DNA from: Clostridia bacterium
GTDB taxonomy: Bacteria; Bacillota; Clostridia; Christensenellales; CAG-138
Length of the DNA: 28,509 bases
Assembly: GCA_035561055.1 (NCBI GenBank)
Contig: DATMYG010000189.1
Location: 1 to 28,509 of the forward strand
Direction: 5' to 3'
Part shown: piece after piece, positions 24,070 to 28,509 of the stretch
Position numbering within the stretch: position 1 is the stretch's first letter
Layout: every line of letters begins with the position of its first letter
Translations under genes and position numbers: made by a program
Notes under the pieces: model-generated
Told to the model about the DNA's origin: nothing
Seen by the model: the letters and a program-made list of their open reading frames with translations, nothing else
Databases searched by the model: none

Positions 24070-24099
24070 ATCATACTATTTTCGACAGATCGCGCGCAA
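24070..24099 (-). promoter_or_regulatory. Promoter of the YegP-family gene with a perfect Spo0A box in its spacer
   Basis: TTGCGC (24099..24094), 18-nt spacer, TATGAT (24075..24070); TGTCGAA at 24087..24081. Confidence 0.55.
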
Positions 24100-24165
24100 G
24101 TGACTTTATCACGGTTTTTCACGCATCAAAGGGGACATGTTCATGAAACAGCGGAATCATCGGCT

Positions 24166-24981
24166 TCAGAGGCTGACCGAACGAGCGAGCCGCGCGAAGA
24201 GCGCGGGCTCCACCTGCTCCGCGCGCGCGTTTTCGGGTATGCCGAGAGACGCGAGGAGCGCCGCGACCTCCTCCCTATCGAAGCGCGCCGCGCGCAGGTT
24301 ATTGGCGAGGGTTTTGCGCCGCATCGCGAAGGCCGCCTCCAGCAATTTCGGCAGGGACGCGACGGGTGGAACATTCTCCTTACGCACGAAAACGAGTACG
24401 GCGCTGTCCACCTCGGGCTGGGGATAGAACTGTGCGGGCGAAAGCGTCATGAGCGTTTCGTACGCATAATAAAGCTGGGAGAGCACGGAGAGCGGACCAT
24501 AGAGCTTCGTACCGATACGCGCCGTGAAGCGGGCGGCCGCTTCCTTTTGCACCATCAACGCCATGCGCGCGGGAAGAATGGAGCAGGAGAGCAGCTTCAT
24601 GCAGATGGGCGTCGTGACGTAATAGGGCAGGTTGCCCGCCGCGCAGTACGCGCCTTCGTCTCTCGCATAGCCCTCGAGATTGAATTTCAGGAAATCCGCA
24701 TGGACGAGCGCGAGCCGCACGTCCGACATGAATTCGCTTTGCAGCGCGCCGACCATCGCTTCGTCTAGCTCGACCGCCGTGACGCGCGCCGCACACGCGA
24801 GGAGCTTCTCCGTCAGCGCGCCGAGGCCGGGGCCGATCTCCAGCACGGGCAGGTCGGGCAGGCACGCAGCTTCGGCGATGGCGCGTGCCGCGCCGTCGTC
24901 CGCCAAAAAATTCTGCCCCAGCGCCCTGTTGGGCGTGAGGCAAAGGCTTTGAAGCTGCCGCCTGATGGTGTCGGCGCTCAT
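24166..24981 (-). CDS. rsmA: 16S rRNA m6,2A dimethyltransferase KsgA/RsmA (271 aa)
   Basis: LGQNFL, LEIGPGLGALT, AVELD, GNLPYY.TTPI, MVQKE, and FAMRRKTL.NNL. The ATG directly abuts the upstream TAA. Confidence 0.96.
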   Translation of the reverse strand: MSADTIRRQLQSLCLTPNRALGQNFLADDGAARAIAEAACLPDLPVLEIGPGLGALTEKLLACAARVTAVELDEAMVGALQSEFMSDVRLALVHADFLKFNLEGYARDEGAYCAAGNLPYYVTTPICMKLLSCSILPARMALMVQKEAAARFTARIGTKLYGPLSVLSQLYYAYETLMTLSPAQFYPQPEVDSAVLVFVRKENVPPVASLPKLLEAAFAMRRKTLANNLRAARFDREEVAALLASLGIPENARAEQVEPALFARLARSVSL

Positions 24982-26088
24982 TTAGCCCATCCGGACGAGC
25001 ACGGTCACGTTGCGTTTGCGGCCCCAGCGGCGCGCGTCGCTCTCGCGCACGAAGAACAGGTCGAGCTGGTTGACGAGCGAGCCGTCCGGGTTCGTGTATT
25101 TGCGGAACGCCCCCGTGTCGAGCGCCTTGCCGTAGCCGTAACCGGGAACCCATATTTCGGTATAGTACGGGATGTAATGCGGGTTGACCGCGATGGTGCC
25201 GAACCTCGTATGGTGTCCGGTAGAGGTCGTACCGTCGCTCGAATAGGCGGTGATGTAGTCCATCGTCATTTCCACCCATCCGTCCACACCCGCGGTCGGT
25301 TTCTTTTTATAGATGCGCGTATCGCCGTAGTAGTTGGTCTGGTAGTGAATCTTGGTGCCGTATTTATAGATTTCGTCCGTCGCGGGCGTAATGACGACCT
25401 GATCGACCACCTCGCGCGATACCTCCACGCCGTCTTTGGTGACGATGCGCTGAGTGACCTGCTTGGTGCCGTCCGCGCCCGCCTGGATGAGGACGGGGTC
25501 GGTGTCGTTATATACGGCGTCGTCATACTGGGAGACTTCTTTATAATTAAGGGTCTTGTAGGCCGTGGTGTAGGCCGTCTGCACGTCGATATGGACGATT
25601 TTCATGCCCGCGGCGACGTCCGAGAAGGTGCACTCCGTGAGTTCGTCGTTCACATCGTACACGACGCCCGCTTCGCGCAGCGCGTCGCCCACGGTGCCGG
25701 AGGTCATTTCAAGCAGAACGACCTCGTTCTGCGAGCGCACGGCCACGGGGAACGAGCGCGTGACGACGATTTCCATGCCATCCGCCAGCGTTTCTTCCGG
25801 CGCGACGGAGAGCTCGTCCCCCTCGCGCAGCCGGATACCGTTGCCCGCGAGCAGGGATGACACGGTTTCGCCCGGCATGGCGAGGCAGGCAACCGCGGAC
25901 CCGTCGACCTGGACCGTGACGAACACGCGCTCCTCCGGAGCGAGCGCGCTCGATAATAGCCAAATGCCCGCCGCAAGCACCAAAGCCACCACGGCGACGT
26001 CGAGCATCACCAACCGCAGCGAGCTCCCGCCGGGCAGCTCGGGCTTGATTTTATCCCATATGCGCCTGAGGTTTTTAAGCCTGTTCAT
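24982..26088 (-). CDS. YabE-like cell-wall protein: TM anchor, 2x DUF348, G5 and 3D domain (368 aa; ATG 26088)
   Basis: Hydrophobic anchor, two TV..(A/L)L...G repeats, a G5 domain (Q.G.DG.K......DGVEVSREVV......P...I.K.GTK), and a 3D-like C-terminus (TAY, IAVNP, GYG.G.ALDTG, LDLF). The position upstream of ksgA is the conserved yabE site. Confidence 0.85.
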   Translation of the reverse strand: MNRLKNLRRIWDKIKPELPGGSSLRLVMLDVAVVALVLAAGIWLLSSALAPEERVFVTVQVDGSAVACLAMPGETVSSLLAGNGIRLREGDELSVAPEETLADGMEIVVTRSFPVAVRSQNEVVLLEMTSGTVGDALREAGVVYDVNDELTECTFSDVAAGMKIVHIDVQTAYTTAYKTLNYKEVSQYDDAVYNDTDPVLIQAGADGTKQVTQRIVTKDGVEVSREVVDQVVITPATDEIYKYGTKIHYQTNYYGDTRIYKKKPTAGVDGWVEMTMDYITAYSSDGTTSTGHHTRFGTIAVNPHYIPYYTEIWVPGYGYGKALDTGAFRKYTNPDGSLVNQLDLFFVRESDARRWGRKRNVTVLVRMG

Positions 26089-26094
26089 GCGGGT

Positions 26095-26124
26095 ATTATA
26101 CCGTGCGTCTCCAATCTGTGTCAA
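26095..26124 (-). promoter_or_regulatory. Consensus sigmaA promoter for the yabE-like-rsmA operon
   Basis: TTGACA (26124..26119), 18-nt spacer, TATAAT (26100..26095). Confidence 0.8.
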
Positions 26125-26149
26125 ATTAACGAATTATGGCGGAGGCCGA

Positions 26150-26179
26150 TTTACACAATCCGGCAAATGCATATATAAT
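26150..26179 (+). promoter_or_regulatory. sigmaA promoter for the divergent PBP gene
   Basis: TTTACA (26150-26155), 18-nt spacer, TATAAT (26174-26179); RBS AAAGGAAG at 26196-26203. Confidence 0.7.
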
Positions 26180-26208
26180 GTACCCGTAATTCTGTAAAGG
26201 AAGCGCCT

Positions 26209-28374
26209 ATGAGAAAGCTTATTCCCGCGACGCTCGTTTTGATCATGCTGCTCTCCCTCGTCCCCCTTTCCGGCTGCGAAAACCGCAAGCGCGACACCGG
26301 CGAGGAGGCCGTAGGCCGATACCTAGAATATATCCGCACAGGGGATTACGCCTCCGCCTGGGGCATGCTCAGCGCCGCCACGCGCAACGAGAAGGAAGAG
26401 GAAGTTGCGGGCAGGATCACGAAGCAGGCGTTCGTCGACAAGTATACGGACATCTTCAAGGCGCTTGAAATCACCGCGGTCGATTATGCCGACATCTCCT
26501 GCGGGGACGGAGACATCCTCTGCGACGGCAGCTTTACGGCAATTTATCGCTCCGCGTACACGGACGACCTGACGAGCCGCTTTGACATCGTCGCGCGCCG
26601 CGAGGGCGGAGAGTGGCGCATCGAATGGTCCCCGGCGCTGATCTTTCCTGAAATGCAGTGGGGCGACACCGTGCGCGTCGCCAAGCTCGCGGCAAAGCGC
26701 GGGGAAATCCTCGCCGGCGGCGACGTGCTCGCGGCGACGGTCGGCGCGGTTTCCGTCTATGCCGTCGTTTCAAAGATCGAGGATGCGACGCTGTTCGCCA
26801 CACAGGTAGCGGCGCTTCTTAATATGACGCAGGCAGATGTGGCCGAGGCGCTCTCCAAGCCGTACGACGATGTAGCCGTAATCCGCCGATATTATTCGGA
26901 TGAATTGTCCGACGCCGTCAAGGAACAGCTTCTGGGCATTCCGGGCATAGGCGTCGACTACGGAAATTATGGTACGAACCGGGAGTATCCTTTCGGGAGC
27001 CTGCTTGCGCATCTCATCGGCTATGTAGGCAGCGTGCCCAACGAAAGCGAGGAAGCGCTCGAAGCGGAGCTTGCCGCGCTCAACGAAGGGCGCAGCGAAG
27101 CGGACGGGCTCTATACCGCGGATTCCATCGTCGGCCGCCTCGGCCTCGAGAAGCAATACGAAAAGGAACTGCGCGGAAAGGACGGCGAGCTCGTCTACAT
27201 CTGCACGGCCGAGGGCGCAAACCGCAAGACCATCTATAAAAGAAACGCTGAGAACGGCAACGACATCGAGCTGACGATCGACATGCAGCTGCAGCAGCGC
27301 CTCGAGGACGTCATGGATCTTGTGCTCTTCGGCGATACGACGGCGGGCGCCGTAATCGTCATCAACCCGAAGACGGGCGCGCTCCAGGCGATGTGCTCCT
27401 ACCCCGGCTACGACCTCAACCTCTTTACGCGCGGCATTTCCGCCGAGGCGTACCAGGCGCTGCTGGGCGATCCGGCAAAGCCCCTCATCAACAGAGCGAC
27501 GCAGGGCCTCTATCCCCCCGGCTCCACGATGAAGGCGTTTACGGCGGCGGCGGCGCTTGATTTAAGCGTGCTCGACCAAGATTATGCCTTCGACGAGTCC
27601 CAAATCGAGGACGATTACTGGACGCCCGAGGATTACGGCAACTGGATCTGGACGCCCATCAAGCGCACGCACATCAATTACCCGATGGAAGGGCCGCTGA
27701 ACATGCGCAAGGCCATTATCCACTCGGATAACATCTATTTCGCCAACTGCGCGCTGATGACCGGCTGGGACAGCTTCATGAGCTATATGGAGGGAATCGG
27801 CTTCACGCAGGCCATCCCCTTCGACATCGGCGTGGCGACGCCGCAGCTGCACAACGAGGGTACCGAAGAGACCTACAAGTTGCTCGCGGACAGCGGCTAC
27901 GGGCAGGGCGAAATCCTCGTAACCCCGCTGCAGCTCGCCTCGATATTCACAGCCCTCGCAAACGGCGGCGACATCATGACGCCCTACGTCGTCAAAGGCT
28001 TGTACCACGACCAGGGTATCCTCTCCAAGGAGGTCTACAGCCACATGGTGAGCGCGTGGAAGACGGGCGTCATCAGCGACGGCGCGATCAGCATGCTTAC
28101 CTCCATGCTCGAGGATGTCGTCGACCCGGATCTCAACGGCACGGGCAGGAGCCTCCGGGTGAAGAACTGCACCGTGGCGGCCAAAACGGGTACGGCGGAA
28201 ATCGGCAACGACAAGAGCCGCGAGATTTCGTGGTTCGCAGGCTACCGTGTGGGCGTATCGGACGAGGACGCGCGGCTCGTGCTCGTCATGCTCGAAATCC
28301 CCGCCGACGACAAGTACACGCAGCTCAAGTTCGACATCGCGCGCGCTCTGTTGGAGATGGAGCCAGCAACATAA
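26209..28374 (+). CDS. Class B penicillin-binding protein with an NTF2-like (MecA_N-type) domain and a lipoprotein signal peptide (721 aa)
   Basis: Lipobox LSG-C23; W.I.WSP.LIFP.M and KRGEI motifs; R.YP.G...AHLIGYV; G..GLE..YE..LRG; L.LTID..LQ; SxxK S439 (PPGSTMK), SxN S506 (SDNIYFA), K659TG. Confidence 0.92.
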   Translation: MRKLIPATLVLIMLLSLVPLSGCENRKRDTGEEAVGRYLEYIRTGDYASAWGMLSAATRNEKEEEVAGRITKQAFVDKYTDIFKALEITAVDYADISCGDGDILCDGSFTAIYRSAYTDDLTSRFDIVARREGGEWRIEWSPALIFPEMQWGDTVRVAKLAAKRGEILAGGDVLAATVGAVSVYAVVSKIEDATLFATQVAALLNMTQADVAEALSKPYDDVAVIRRYYSDELSDAVKEQLLGIPGIGVDYGNYGTNREYPFGSLLAHLIGYVGSVPNESEEALEAELAALNEGRSEADGLYTADSIVGRLGLEKQYEKELRGKDGELVYICTAEGANRKTIYKRNAENGNDIELTIDMQLQQRLEDVMDLVLFGDTTAGAVIVINPKTGALQAMCSYPGYDLNLFTRGISAEAYQALLGDPAKPLINRATQGLYPPGSTMKAFTAAAALDLSVLDQDYAFDESQIEDDYWTPEDYGNWIWTPIKRTHINYPMEGPLNMRKAIIHSDNIYFANCALMTGWDSFMSYMEGIGFTQAIPFDIGVATPQLHNEGTEETYKLLADSGYGQGEILVTPLQLASIFTALANGGDIMTPYVVKGLYHDQGILSKEVYSHMVSAWKTGVISDGAISMLTSMLEDVVDPDLNGTGRSLRVKNCTVAAKTGTAEIGNDKSREISWFAGYRVGVSDEDARLVLVMLEIPADDKYTQLKFDIARALLEMEPAT

Positions 28375-28413
28375 AACCGCTACAAAAACTTTCATAAAAT
28401 CCAGTCCGGGCAT

Positions 28414-28442
28414 TTGACAACGATTAGGCGCGGGCGTAAAAT
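28414..28442 (+). promoter_or_regulatory. sigmaA promoter for a gene beyond the window
   Basis: TTGACA (28414-28419), 17-nt spacer, TAAAAT (28437-28442). Confidence 0.8.
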
Positions 28443-28509
28443 TGTCTTGCGCGAATATTGTCGCACAAGTTATTATTTGTTTAATTTTTAACGATGCTGT
28501 CGTCTTATC

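Noticed and set aside
26100-26200. WalR-type TGTWAH-N5-TGTWAH box between the cell-wall genes
   Set aside because: Only single half-sites (TGTAAA, TGTCAA) are present, without the required direct-repeat spacing.
1-28509. CRISPR arrays, IS/transposases, integrases, tRNA/rRNA, prophage or defence genes
   Set aside because: I saw no spaced direct repeats, terminal inverted repeats with target duplications, recombinase motifs or cloverleaf/rRNA signatures. Gene content and composition look uniformly native.

Overview
High-GC chromosomal window from a spore-forming Firmicute, most likely Clostridia (pro-sigmaE/SpoIIGA, large Alu-containing SRP RNA, sigmaA-type promoters, AGGAGG ribosome-binding sites). 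It is almost entirely core housekeeping DNA. Positions 82-16338 (minus strand) hold the division/cell-wall (dcw) cluster: mraZ-rsmH-ftsL-spoVD/ftsI-murE-mraY-murD-ftsW/spoVE-murA-ftsQ/divIB-ftsA-ftsZ, followed by spoIIGA-sigE. To its right are lon-engB-(double Zn-finger acidic protein)-(metallophosphoesterase), an M20 amidohydrolase, an orphan copZ divergent from a QueG-like Fe-S gene, the SRP RNA, a YegP/DUF1508 gene, yabE-like-rsmA, and a divergent lipoprotein class B PBP with a MecA-type N-terminal domain. I found no mobile element, CRISPR array, tRNA or rRNA. The best leads are a three-helix RNA element with a U-tract between mraY and murD, a terminator-bounded 140-nt cassette between ftsZ and spoIIGA carrying an orphan Shine-Dalgarno in a hairpin loop, an uncharacterised CxxC-x11-CxxC x2 acidic-tail protein paired with a phosphoesterase downstream of lon, a lipid-anchored PBP2a/PBP5-like enzyme back-to-back with a variant 3D-domain protein, and two apparently leaderless genes. 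All protein calls come from recognising motifs by eye; no database searches or folding programs were run. Several start codons were re-assigned from the ORF track using RBS/promoter spacing.
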